Both the position numbers and the translations under genes were made by a program. This document shows positions 31,082 to 38,017 of a stretch of 41,492 nucleotides of DNA, in pieces. The notes below the pieces were generated by a model that saw nothing but the letters and a program-made list of their open reading frames with translations, was not told the DNA's origin and did not search any database. The stretch's first letter is position 1. Every line of letters begins with the position of its first letter. Origin of the DNA: Candidatus Enterousia excrementavium (GTDB lineage Bacteria > Pseudomonadota > Alphaproteobacteria > Rs-D84); the NCBI GenBank assembly GCA_017694175.1, contig JADINE010000028.1, forward strand, positions 1 to 41,492, read 5' to 3'.

Positions 31082-31120
31082 ATGCGCCACCACAAAGTGC
31101 GGCGCATGTTTGTTATGTTT
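31082..31120 (+). terminator. Second hairpin with T-rich tail downstream of tRNA-Arg
   Basis: ATGCGCC (31082-88) pairs with GGCGCAT (31101-07), followed by GTTTGTTATGTTT. Confidence 0.4.
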
Positions 31121-31135
31121 CCCCGTAACTTATTC

Positions 31136-31164
31136 TTGCATTAAATTCGATAACAGGGTAACAT
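31136..31164 (+). promoter_or_regulatory. Weak candidate sigma70 promoter for leader A
   Basis: TTGCAT, a 17-nt spacer, then TAACAT. Confidence 0.3.
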
Positions 31165-31281
31165 AAATACGTCAATGGGTGTTCCATTGATGGGGTGTGA
31201 CTACCCGAATATCAGCGTCGGAATACGCGCCTGTGGTGCGCCTTGGCGTGCTGCTGTGCCGCGGATTAAGACGATAAACGG

Positions 31282-31387
31282 CTCCTGGCATTTGGTCAGG
31301 AGGGTCGTGAATATCCAATAAGCGGCACAATTTCTGATAGTTGTAGTCAACCTCCTGACCACCAAAATTTTTTGGTGGCTCTTTTTT
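31282..31387 (+). promoter_or_regulatory. Candidate cis-regulatory leader RNA, copy A (switch helix, 67-nt stem-loop, intrinsic terminator)
   Basis: CTCCTG (31282-87) can pair with CAGGAG (31297-302). Alternatively GGTCAGGAGG (31294-303) pairs with CCTCCTGACC (31351-360). The terminator CCACCAAA/TTTGGTGG plus CTCTTTTTT spans 31359-31387 and ends 23 nt before the ATG. It is homologous to 35935-36037. Confidence 0.6.
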
Positions 31388-31410
31388 GCAAAAAACAACA
31401 GGGGGCCTTG

Positions 31411-32223
31411 ATGAATAAAATTTTGTGTATACTTATGATGATACTGCTTGTACCAACACCATCGTTTGCACGGATAAAGTTGCGTGCCGGGGATAATAAT
31501 CGATGTTTTGTTAATGTAAAAGACACAAACCAGTTTTGGTATTGTGGCACCCAGGATTCAACGTGTGCCGGTAAAAAATTGCGTAAATATCATAAAAGAT
31601 GGTGGCAATACCATGGTGAAGGCTTTGACTCAGGGGAGGGGCGACATTTTTGGTGCTGTGGCGGGTCCACCACGGCCCAGGGGCATTATGTTGAAACCTG
31701 GGACCCCTTTTACAGTCGCGAAACTGTAACGGTTGATTTGCCAAATGGCACATGCACATATGAAAGAATCACAAATGTTTGTGGCGAAGTTATCGACGAG
31801 CCTTGCACAGAACCAACTGAATGTGATGCCGGCCTGATTTTGCGAAACGGCCAGTGCGTTGCCCCGTGCGATGGCACAACCGCATTTGCCAGCAAAACTT
31901 CGAACGAATGTGTGGAATGTGCAACAACAGCATACCAGGGAATTGACGACAAAACAAACGAATGTGTACGCTGTGATTCAGGCACTCAATTTTTCGACAA
32001 GGAAACAAAAACCTGTGTGTCAAAAACATCCCCGTCGCTTAAAAAAGTGACTGCTGCCACCATGAAAAAGTGTTACGGGTGTCCAAACAGTGATGTGTTC
32101 AAAGAATGTACAACGTTGTTCAGCAAATCTGACACGGAACGACGCGCGGCGGAAAATTACGAACGAATTATTTCGGAATGCTACATAGACGACAGACCAA
32201 CCACCGCCGCATCAGACGAATAA
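31411..32223 (+). CDS. Secreted cysteine-rich protein (family member 2), unknown function
   Basis: Signal peptide MNKILCILMMILLVPTPSFA. 29 Cys, including FWCCGG and EGF/furin-like spacing (CTEPTECDAGLILRNGQCVAPC..., CVECATTAYQG...CVRCDSGTQF...C). AGGGGG lies upstream of the ATG. Confidence 0.6.
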   Translation: MNKILCILMMILLVPTPSFARIKLRAGDNNRCFVNVKDTNQFWYCGTQDSTCAGKKLRKYHKRWWQYHGEGFDSGEGRHFWCCGGSTTAQGHYVETWDPFYSRETVTVDLPNGTCTYERITNVCGEVIDEPCTEPTECDAGLILRNGQCVAPCDGTTAFASKTSNECVECATTAYQGIDDKTNECVRCDSGTQFFDKETKTCVSKTSPSLKKVTAATMKKCYGCPNSDVFKECTTLFSKSDTERRAAENYERIISECYIDDRPTTAASDE

Positions 32224-32227
32224 ATAA

Positions 32228-32249
32228 ATGGGGCGTTTGCCCCATTTTT
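32228..32249. terminator. Terminator between the convergent cysteine-rich gene and bamD
   Basis: ATGGGGC-GTTT-GCCCCAT followed by TTTT. Confidence 0.75.
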
Positions 32250-33009
32250 ATTTTGCCCCGGATTCAAAATCCGCCGGCCTTTTATCCAATTTCTTTGTCC
32301 ATTCATTGTCTGGAAAATTCAGCCGCAACATTTCTGCATATCCATATGCCTGTTCAGGCAACCCAATCGCGGTATAGCATTCAGTTAAACGATATAAAGC
32401 CTCGGGCGTCATAACGGTTTCCTGGGCAGTTTGCACAACGGCCTGCAACCGTGAAATTGCGCTGGGCCAATTTTTGCGCGCCATATCACCACGTGCGGAA
32501 TACATTGCTTTGCCGGCCACATAGTTTTTAAGGATGTTTATTTTATTTTCAGCATTTTTTGCATATTGTGATTTTGGGAATCTGTCCACCAGTTGTTGGA
32601 ACTGTTGCAATGCATACGCAGACATCCCCGGTTCGCGCCGCACATCACTTACCTGGCGGTAATAGCACATTCCGCGCAGATACAACATATATGGCACATC
32701 GCGATGGCCCGGGTGAAAACGCATAAAGCGATCGATTGTCATGATTGCACCGGCAAAATCGTCGTCCATATATTGGGAATATGCCGCCATAACCAATGCG
32801 TCGGCAGCCCATTGGCTGGACGGGTATTGTGTCTCGGCCTGTAAAAATTCAGTTGCCGCAACATCAAAATCTTCGTCGTTTAATTCTGCGTATGCAGATT
32901 TATAAATTTCAGGCAAACTGCGTTCAACCATAATATCATTATCAGTCCCGGCACAGCCCGCCAACATTGCCGCCGTTCCTATAACAGCAAAAAATTTTTT
33001 TGTGTACAT
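32248..33009 (-). CDS. bamD: Outer-membrane protein assembly factor BamD (TPR lipoprotein)
   Basis: Lipobox MLAGC. TPR-like repeats with the typical ...ELNDEDFDVAATEFLQAETQYPSSQWAADALVMAAYSQY. Confidence 0.85.
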   Translation of the reverse strand: MYTKKFFAVIGTAAMLAGCAGTDNDIMVERSLPEIYKSAYAELNDEDFDVAATEFLQAETQYPSSQWAADALVMAAYSQYMDDDFAGAIMTIDRFMRFHPGHRDVPYMLYLRGMCYYRQVSDVRREPGMSAYALQQFQQLVDRFPKSQYAKNAENKINILKNYVAGKAMYSARGDMARKNWPSAISRLQAVVQTAQETVMTPEALYRLTECYTAIGLPEQAYGYAEMLRLNFPDNEWTKKLDKRPADFESGAK

Positions 33010-33055
33010 ATTCCTGCCTTGATTTTGTTTATTTTATGGCAGTATAATCGAAACT

Positions 33056-34522
33056 ATGAAACTAGGCAAACATATTTTCGGGGTAAGTGTAATGACCGGC
33101 GTAAGCCGCGTATTCGGGTTTGTGCGCGATTTACTTGTGGCGCATGTGTTTGGGGCAGGTCGGTTGTCGGATATATTTTTAGCGGCGTTCAAATTGCCGA
33201 ATCTGTTTCGTGATTTATTGGGCGAAGGTGCATTGTCATCTATATTCATTCCGATGTATACGGATAAAAACAAAGATGAAAATTTCGCCAAAAACGTATT
33301 TTCATGGCTTATGGTGATATTGCTGTTTATTGCAATATTGTTTGAAATATTCATGCCGTTGGTTGTGTGGATTTTGGCGCCTGGTTTCGCAGACGAGCCG
33401 GGCAAAATGGATTTAACGATTGTTATTTCCAGAATAATGTTCGGGTATGTTGTGTTCATTTGTGCAGCTGCATTTTTGTCGGCAATTTTGAACGCGTTTT
33501 CGAAATTTCTGCTGGTTGCGTTCATGCCGGTTTTGCTGAATATAATGTTAATAGGGGCGTTGTTAACGGCGGCTTGGTTTGCACCGGAAACAGTTTTGTA
33601 TATCATGGCGTTTACGGTTGTTTTGGCGGGCGTTATTCAATTCGCCATATTGTGGGCGCGTATACGCAGGCATCATTTTGGATTGCGTCTTGTCCGGCCA
33701 CGTTGGACCCCGGCAATTAAAAGCATGTTCAAACGCCTGGGGATAAGTATTATTGGCAATGGTTTTTATCAAATCACGATAATAGTCGGCACACTGGTGG
33801 CCAGTTTCGAAAGCGGGGCCGTTTCGTGGTTGTATTATTCTGATCGCATGATTCAATTACCGTTTGCGCTGATTGGGTTGGCTGTGGGCACTGTGTTGAT
33901 ATCGTCTATGTCAAACGCCATGGCGGAAAAAAATATGCACAGCGTATATTTACAGCAAAATGCATCTATGCGGCAATCGATGATGTTCATTATTCCGTGC
34001 GTGGTTGGGCTGTTTGTATTGGCCGAGCCGATTATAAAATATCTGTTTGAATATGGTGAATGGACGCCTGAATCAACCCATGCAGTGGCCATGGCGATAA
34101 TGATTCAGGTGCTTGTCTTGCCGGCAATGATGATAAGCCAAATTTACAGCAAAACATTGTACGCGTCCCAGGATGTACGCACACCCGTTAAAACAAGCAT
34201 TATTTCATTGGTTGTTGCGGCCATCATCTATGTTGCAGCATTCAAATTTGTTGGATATCTGTCTGTGCCAATTGGCATAGTGGCAAGTGGATATCTGAAA
34301 AATTATTTATTGCGACGTGCGTGTCGTGCCAAAGGTTTGATTCACACGTTGCCGCGCACGCGTTGGGCAATATTGGCGTTTGCTGCGTTGGCGTGCATTA
34401 TGGGGGCAGGATTGTCGTTTGTACCAATACCAAACATATGGATGCTGTTTGTGGCCATTGGTGGTTTTGGGATTGTGTATTTACCAATCGCGTATTTTAT
34501 CGATAAAAAGATAGTAAAATAA
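33056..34522 (+). CDS. murJ: Lipid II flippase MurJ (MviN)
   Basis: N-terminal signature SRVFGFVRDLLVAHVFGAG. About 14 TM helices. Confidence 0.9.
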   Translation: MKLGKHIFGVSVMTGVSRVFGFVRDLLVAHVFGAGRLSDIFLAAFKLPNLFRDLLGEGALSSIFIPMYTDKNKDENFAKNVFSWLMVILLFIAILFEIFMPLVVWILAPGFADEPGKMDLTIVISRIMFGYVVFICAAAFLSAILNAFSKFLLVAFMPVLLNIMLIGALLTAAWFAPETVLYIMAFTVVLAGVIQFAILWARIRRHHFGLRLVRPRWTPAIKSMFKRLGISIIGNGFYQITIIVGTLVASFESGAVSWLYYSDRMIQLPFALIGLAVGTVLISSMSNAMAEKNMHSVYLQQNASMRQSMMFIIPCVVGLFVLAEPIIKYLFEYGEWTPESTHAVAMAIMIQVLVLPAMMISQIYSKTLYASQDVRTPVKTSIISLVVAAIIYVAAFKFVGYLSVPIGIVASGYLKNYLLRRACRAKGLIHTLPRTRWAILAFAALACIMGAGLSFVPIPNIWMLFVAIGGFGIVYLPIAYFIDKKIVK

Positions 34523-34586
34523 AGTTGAAAGTGGGTCTTTTATATGATAAAATCATGATAAATAAAGGAATGTAAGGAGTCCCACA

Positions 34587-35516
34587 ATGAAAAAAGTACT
34601 GTCTTTGGCTGTGTTGACAGCGGTGCTGGCCGGATGCACGGATTTAAGCACCACCAGTAACACCAGCGGCATGAACGGCTATGCGGCCGATGGTTTTGGT
34701 GAAGAAACATTAATCACCACAGATGAATCGTTAAATAATACATATTTGCTTGCGCCTGCGCCAAAATATTATGTTGGCAGCGCGTACAAGGTAGAAGATG
34801 TTCAATACATCCCAGTCGAAGATTTAACATACAATCAAACTGGCATTGCGGGAATTATTCCAGCTGAATTGAACGGCACAAAAACAAGCAATGGCGAAGT
34901 GTTCGACATGAATCAAATGGTTGCAACAAGCAAAACATTACCATTGCCAACAATTGCACGCGTAACTAATTTGGACAACGGACAATCTGTTGTTGTTCGT
35001 GTGAATAATCGTGGTCCATTTGTGAATACTCGTATTATGGACTTGTCGCCGGCCGCGGCCGCGAAAATTGGCATGAATGGCCAGACCAAGGTTCAAGTTC
35101 AGGTTATGGCAAATGAATCAATTGCGGTTAAAAATGCAACTGTTGGTGCAACAACACCGGCGCAACCGGTCGTGCAACAGCCTGTTGTTCAGCAGCAACC
35201 TGCCCAGGTTGTGGAAACAACAGTTGTAACAACAACAACTGCACCGGGCGCAACGGTTACGCCGGCGGCGACATATGGCGAATACAGTGTCCAGGTTGCG
35301 GCATTCTATGCCCAGGACAGTGCGGATTCATTGGCGGCCCGTATGGCGCGCTATGGTAACACCACCGTTGTCCAGGAAGGCGACATGTACAAAGTGCGTA
35401 TCGTTAATCTGGATGCGTCCCAGGCACGCAGTGTAATTGACGCCCTGCGTAATAACGAAGGCTTGGCGCCGGGGTTGCTGCGTAACGGTCGTTGGATAAA
35501 TGCAGACAGTATTTAA
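34587..35516 (+). CDS. rlpA: Septal-ring lytic transglycosylase RlpA with C-terminal SPOR domain
   Basis: Lipobox LAGC. DPBB core TSNGEVFD...ATSKTLPLPTIARVTNLDNGQSVVVRVNNRGPF. A Q/P/V/T-rich linker. SPOR-like region YSVQVAAF...YKVRIVNL. Confidence 0.88.
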   Translation: MKKVLSLAVLTAVLAGCTDLSTTSNTSGMNGYAADGFGEETLITTDESLNNTYLLAPAPKYYVGSAYKVEDVQYIPVEDLTYNQTGIAGIIPAELNGTKTSNGEVFDMNQMVATSKTLPLPTIARVTNLDNGQSVVVRVNNRGPFVNTRIMDLSPAAAAKIGMNGQTKVQVQVMANESIAVKNATVGATTPAQPVVQQPVVQQQPAQVVETTVVTTTTAPGATVTPAATYGEYSVQVAAFYAQDSADSLAARMARYGNTTVVQEGDMYKVRIVNLDASQARSVIDALRNNEGLAPGLLRNGRWINADSI

Positions 35517-35526
35517 TTAAAAAAAT

Positions 35527-35548
35527 GGGGCTTCGGCCCCGTTTTTTA
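35527..35548 (+). terminator. Intrinsic terminator after rlpA
   Basis: GGGGC-TTCG-GCCCC followed by GTTTTTTATTTT. Confidence 0.85.
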
Positions 35549-35551
35549 TTT

Positions 35552-35764
35552 TGTGCCATTGCTACTTTTAGTGTTGATTTACCGCGCGCTGGGTATTATG
35601 GCGATGCAGGGAACTATGGGCGGAATTGCACAAAATGCCCCGGAAGTGGTACATCCGCAGCAGGTTCAACCAGTATTACAGACTGCTATATGCCATCTGG
35701 TTCCACCGGCAGTGATTCCAGCGGCACGTTTATATATACGTCAACTTGTTATTATTCTAATTAA
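35552..35764 (+). pseudogene. Start-less C-terminal fragment of a cysteine-rich family gene
   Basis: This frame reads ...LPRAGYYGDAGNYGRNCTKCPGSGTSAAGSTSITDCYMPSGSTGSDSSGTFIYTSTCYYSN-stop. That is one GYY..C..CP repeat plus the C-terminal module shared with 25242-25880. There is no in-frame ATG, GTG or TTG between the rlpA terminator and the internal Met. Confidence 0.55.
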
Positions 35765-35767
35765 ATA

Positions 35768-35790
35768 CACCGCCCGTTTGGGCGGTGATT
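35768..35790 (+). terminator. Intrinsic terminator after the fragment
   Basis: CACCGCCC-GTTT-GGGCGGTG, followed by a T-rich tail. Confidence 0.7.
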
Positions 35791-35851
35791 CTTGATATTT
35801 TTTGACCGCCACAAATAATTCATATTTTTGTGGCGCGGCGTTTCATAATTG

Positions 35852-35860
35852 TGATATAAT
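35852..35860 (+). promoter_or_regulatory. Candidate extended -10 promoter for leader B
   Basis: TGATATAAT (TGn plus TATAAT) with no convincing -35. An 8-bp inverted repeat GCCACAAA/TTTGTGGC lies just upstream at 35808-35834. Confidence 0.45.
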
Positions 35861-35934
35861 ACACATAACCCGATACAAAAGCATTGGGCCGGGGCGTCGA
35901 AACCCCATCTAACGTGTTCGCAAAGAACAAAAAA

Positions 35935-36037
35935 CTCCAAACCAGGGTTGGAGGGGGTGAATATATTGAATAAGCCCGCTATCTCGTTAGATGTAGTTTC
36001 GAACCTCCAGCCGCTTGAATGTTTCAGCGGTTTTTTT
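35935..36037 (+). promoter_or_regulatory. Candidate cis-regulatory leader RNA, copy B (switch helix, 67-nt stem-loop, intrinsic terminator)
   Basis: CTCCAA (35935-40) can pair with TTGGAG (35948-53). Alternatively GGTTGGAGG (35946-54) pairs with CCTCCAGCC (36004-12). The terminator CCGCT...AGCGG plus TTTTTTT spans 36011-36037 and ends 14 nt before the ATG. It shares the blocks GTGAATAT, AATAAGC, TAGnTGTAGT and AACCTCC with copy A. Confidence 0.6.
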
Positions 36038-36051
36038 AGGGGGATTTTTAC

Positions 36052-38013
36052 ATGTTCTTGCGACGGGCTGTCATTATGTCGTGCGTATTTTTGTTGGTTG
36101 GCTATGTTCAAATTGCCCACGCGGTTACATGTGACGCCAACCAGTATATTGACGGCGATTTTTGCTATACATGCCCGGCAAACGCAACATGCGACGGAAT
36201 AAATTTTACATGTAACGATGGTTGGTTCAAAGACGGAACCGCTTGTGTTCAGTGCTCGGTGACGAATGCGACATGCAGCGGCCCTGACGATTACAGTTGT
36301 TTGCCTGGATACTATGATAACAATGGTGCGTGCAACGTATGCCCCGAAAATGCGTCGTGCGTCGGCGGACACGAAACCTTCCATTGCAATTCTGGGTGGT
36401 ATAAATTCAAACAAACTTGTTATTCATGCACCGGCCATGTTTGCGATGGCGAAACGGTGATAAGTTGCGGCCCAGGTTTTTGGAAATATGGAGATTACTG
36501 TTATCCGTGTAATATGGACATGGAATATTGCCCGGGTGGCACTGATCACAGAATTTGTAATGTTGGCTGGTACAGAGATGGCCAAGGAAATTGCAGGGAG
36601 TGTCCAGCTGGTTATTATTGTCCGCTTGATACAAACTATAATACGATGCACGACCATTGTGCCGCTGGATATTACCGTTCAGGCAACAGTTGCACTAAAT
36701 GTGCCGATGGCGTTGTTTGTCCCGGTGGTATATTGGATGAAATGACGTGCCCCAACGGATTATTTAAACATGATAATGGTCAATGCTTGCCTTATGCACA
36801 GGGCGATTGTGGCATTGCCCCAAATTGTAATCCGGGCTGTTGGGATAACGGCGGCGAATGCGTTAAATGTTCGGTTGAAAATGCAACATGTACAAACGGG
36901 GATGATTTTACATGTAATGCCGGATATTATAACAGTGGCGCGACGTGCGAAATATGCCCCCCAAATTCAGATTGCCCGACCGGCAGTACGCAAATATCCT
37001 GTTTACCGGGATATTATTTGGACGGAAACGAATGCCCGCAATGCGGCAGGGGACCTGTTTATTGCATTGACAATGCAAAATACGATTGCCCTGAATATGT
37101 CCCCGGCAGTTTAACCCCATATTTACCCAGTGGCCATGAAGTAATATACACATCAGGATATCAAGCTATTGACGGCCCAACACAATCTTTGCCTGACAGG
37201 TGTACCATTTCAACCATACAAATTTCCGCACCCCAGGGATTATACGAGAAAAAATGGACTTATTGGCGCAGCACTACAAACGCATACAGTGGTTTTGGGG
37301 CGACGTATTGGTATGCCGCAAAGGCGGGATATTATTTATCGGGCAGTAACTTGGTTAATAATGTGCAATATTATAAGCAAGTCAATCCCTGTACCAACGG
37401 TGCCGATAATTCGTATTACACTGGCCCCGGTTCCCCAGACGGCAATGATTGCCCGTGGGTCTGCAACGATGGATTTTATCGCGATGGCAATGAATGTCTG
37501 ACTTGCCCGCCTGGCATGGAATGTGTTGGCGGGGGTGTTGTATGCCCAATTGGAATGTACGCAGACAAAAATCAATGCTTGCCATGCCCAAATGGGTACA
37601 CAGATGCTCAAAACGACGGGGCACAATCAATTGAATTTTGTTTTAAAAAGTGCGATGGCGGTTCTTATATTGCCGCCGCTGAATCAAATGTGTGTGAAAA
37701 TGTAGGCCCAGGATACTGGATTGGCGAAAATTACACAGGATATGGCGCTGTTGGTACGCGCAATATGTGTGATGGCGGAATGACTACGCTGGGGTATGGT
37801 ATTGGTGCCGATGAACCCACTGATTGTGGCCGCACTTTGCATGTTGGTGACACATCCGTGCATTTACGCAGCGGTCGCCAAACTACGCCTGCGCTGATTG
37901 TGCAATATGAAAACCAAAAATTTTATGGCAATATGGCACAAAACGCCCAGGGACACGTAAAAATTCGGGTTGGCGATGTCACATATTCTGTGTACGACGA
38001 TTCAATGCAATAA
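36052..38013 (+). CDS. Large secreted cysteine-rich repeat protein (family member 3) with eukaryote-like furin/ephrin-receptor/VSP-like repeats
   Basis: Signal peptide MFLRRAVIMSCVFLLVGYVQIAHA. It has more than 70 Cys. The unit C-x2-C-[PS]-x-N-[AS]-x-C-x-G....C..G[WY][YF]..G..C recurs (CYTCPANATC, CVQCSVTNATC, CNVCPENASC, CVKCSVENATC, CEICPPNSDC). The last ~60 aa contain no Cys. Confidence 0.7.
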   Translation: MFLRRAVIMSCVFLLVGYVQIAHAVTCDANQYIDGDFCYTCPANATCDGINFTCNDGWFKDGTACVQCSVTNATCSGPDDYSCLPGYYDNNGACNVCPENASCVGGHETFHCNSGWYKFKQTCYSCTGHVCDGETVISCGPGFWKYGDYCYPCNMDMEYCPGGTDHRICNVGWYRDGQGNCRECPAGYYCPLDTNYNTMHDHCAAGYYRSGNSCTKCADGVVCPGGILDEMTCPNGLFKHDNGQCLPYAQGDCGIAPNCNPGCWDNGGECVKCSVENATCTNGDDFTCNAGYYNSGATCEICPPNSDCPTGSTQISCLPGYYLDGNECPQCGRGPVYCIDNAKYDCPEYVPGSLTPYLPSGHEVIYTSGYQAIDGPTQSLPDRCTISTIQISAPQGLYEKKWTYWRSTTNAYSGFGATYWYAAKAGYYLSGSNLVNNVQYYKQVNPCTNGADNSYYTGPGSPDGNDCPWVCNDGFYRDGNECLTCPPGMECVGGGVVCPIGMYADKNQCLPCPNGYTDAQNDGAQSIEFCFKKCDGGSYIAAAESNVCENVGPGYWIGENYTGYGAVGTRNMCDGGMTTLGYGIGADEPTDCGRTLHVGDTSVHLRSGRQTTPALIVQYENQKFYGNMAQNAQGHVKIRVGDVTYSVYDDSMQ

Positions 38014-38017
38014 ATAT

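Noticed and set aside
31294-31303. GGTCAGGAGG in leader A resembles part of the cobalamin-riboswitch B12 box (AGUCAGGAG...)
   Set aside because: Copy B has GGTTGGAGG instead. None of the other conserved cobalamin-riboswitch elements are visible, and the downstream genes have no link to cobalamin.
31175-31321. 48-codon uORF in leader A, with a 29-codon TTG-initiated counterpart in leader B (35884-35973). Both end at the TAA inside the conserved AATAAGC block, suggesting leader-peptide attenuation.
   Set aside because: Neither has a Shine-Dalgarno sequence, and copy B lacks an ATG or GTG start. The peptides are unrelated (…SWHLVRRVVNIQ versus …QTRVGGGEYIE). The shared GTGAATAT block is read in different frames in the two copies, so conservation is at the nucleotide or RNA level. 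I keep it only as an alternative hypothesis that Ribo-seq could test.
30945-32250. tRNA-Arg-associated genomic island carrying the 31411 cysteine-rich gene
   Set aside because: I found no integrase, no direct repeat of the tRNA 3' end, and no mobility genes between the tRNA and bamD. Only the position is suggestive, and I mention it in a finding as a low-weight possibility.
33034-33606. 190-aa minus-strand ORF overlapping the murJ 5' end
   Set aside because: The plus frame carries the MurJ N-terminal signature (SRVFGFVRD). The minus-frame product is low-complexity.
35553-35795. Alternative +frame ORF (GTG start, hydrophobic N-terminus MPLLLLVLIY...) over the same DNA as the cysteine-rich fragment
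   Set aside because: It reads through the 35768-35787 terminator hairpin and has no homology to anything in the window. The other frame shows clear family similarity (the CxxCPG...DCYM...CYYSN module). It cannot be excluded without Ribo-seq.
35761-36414. 217-aa minus-strand ORF spanning leader B and the start of the 36052 gene
   Set aside because: It runs through two terminator hairpins and the promoter region. It is antisense to a frame with a clean signal peptide and repeat structure, and it has no motifs.
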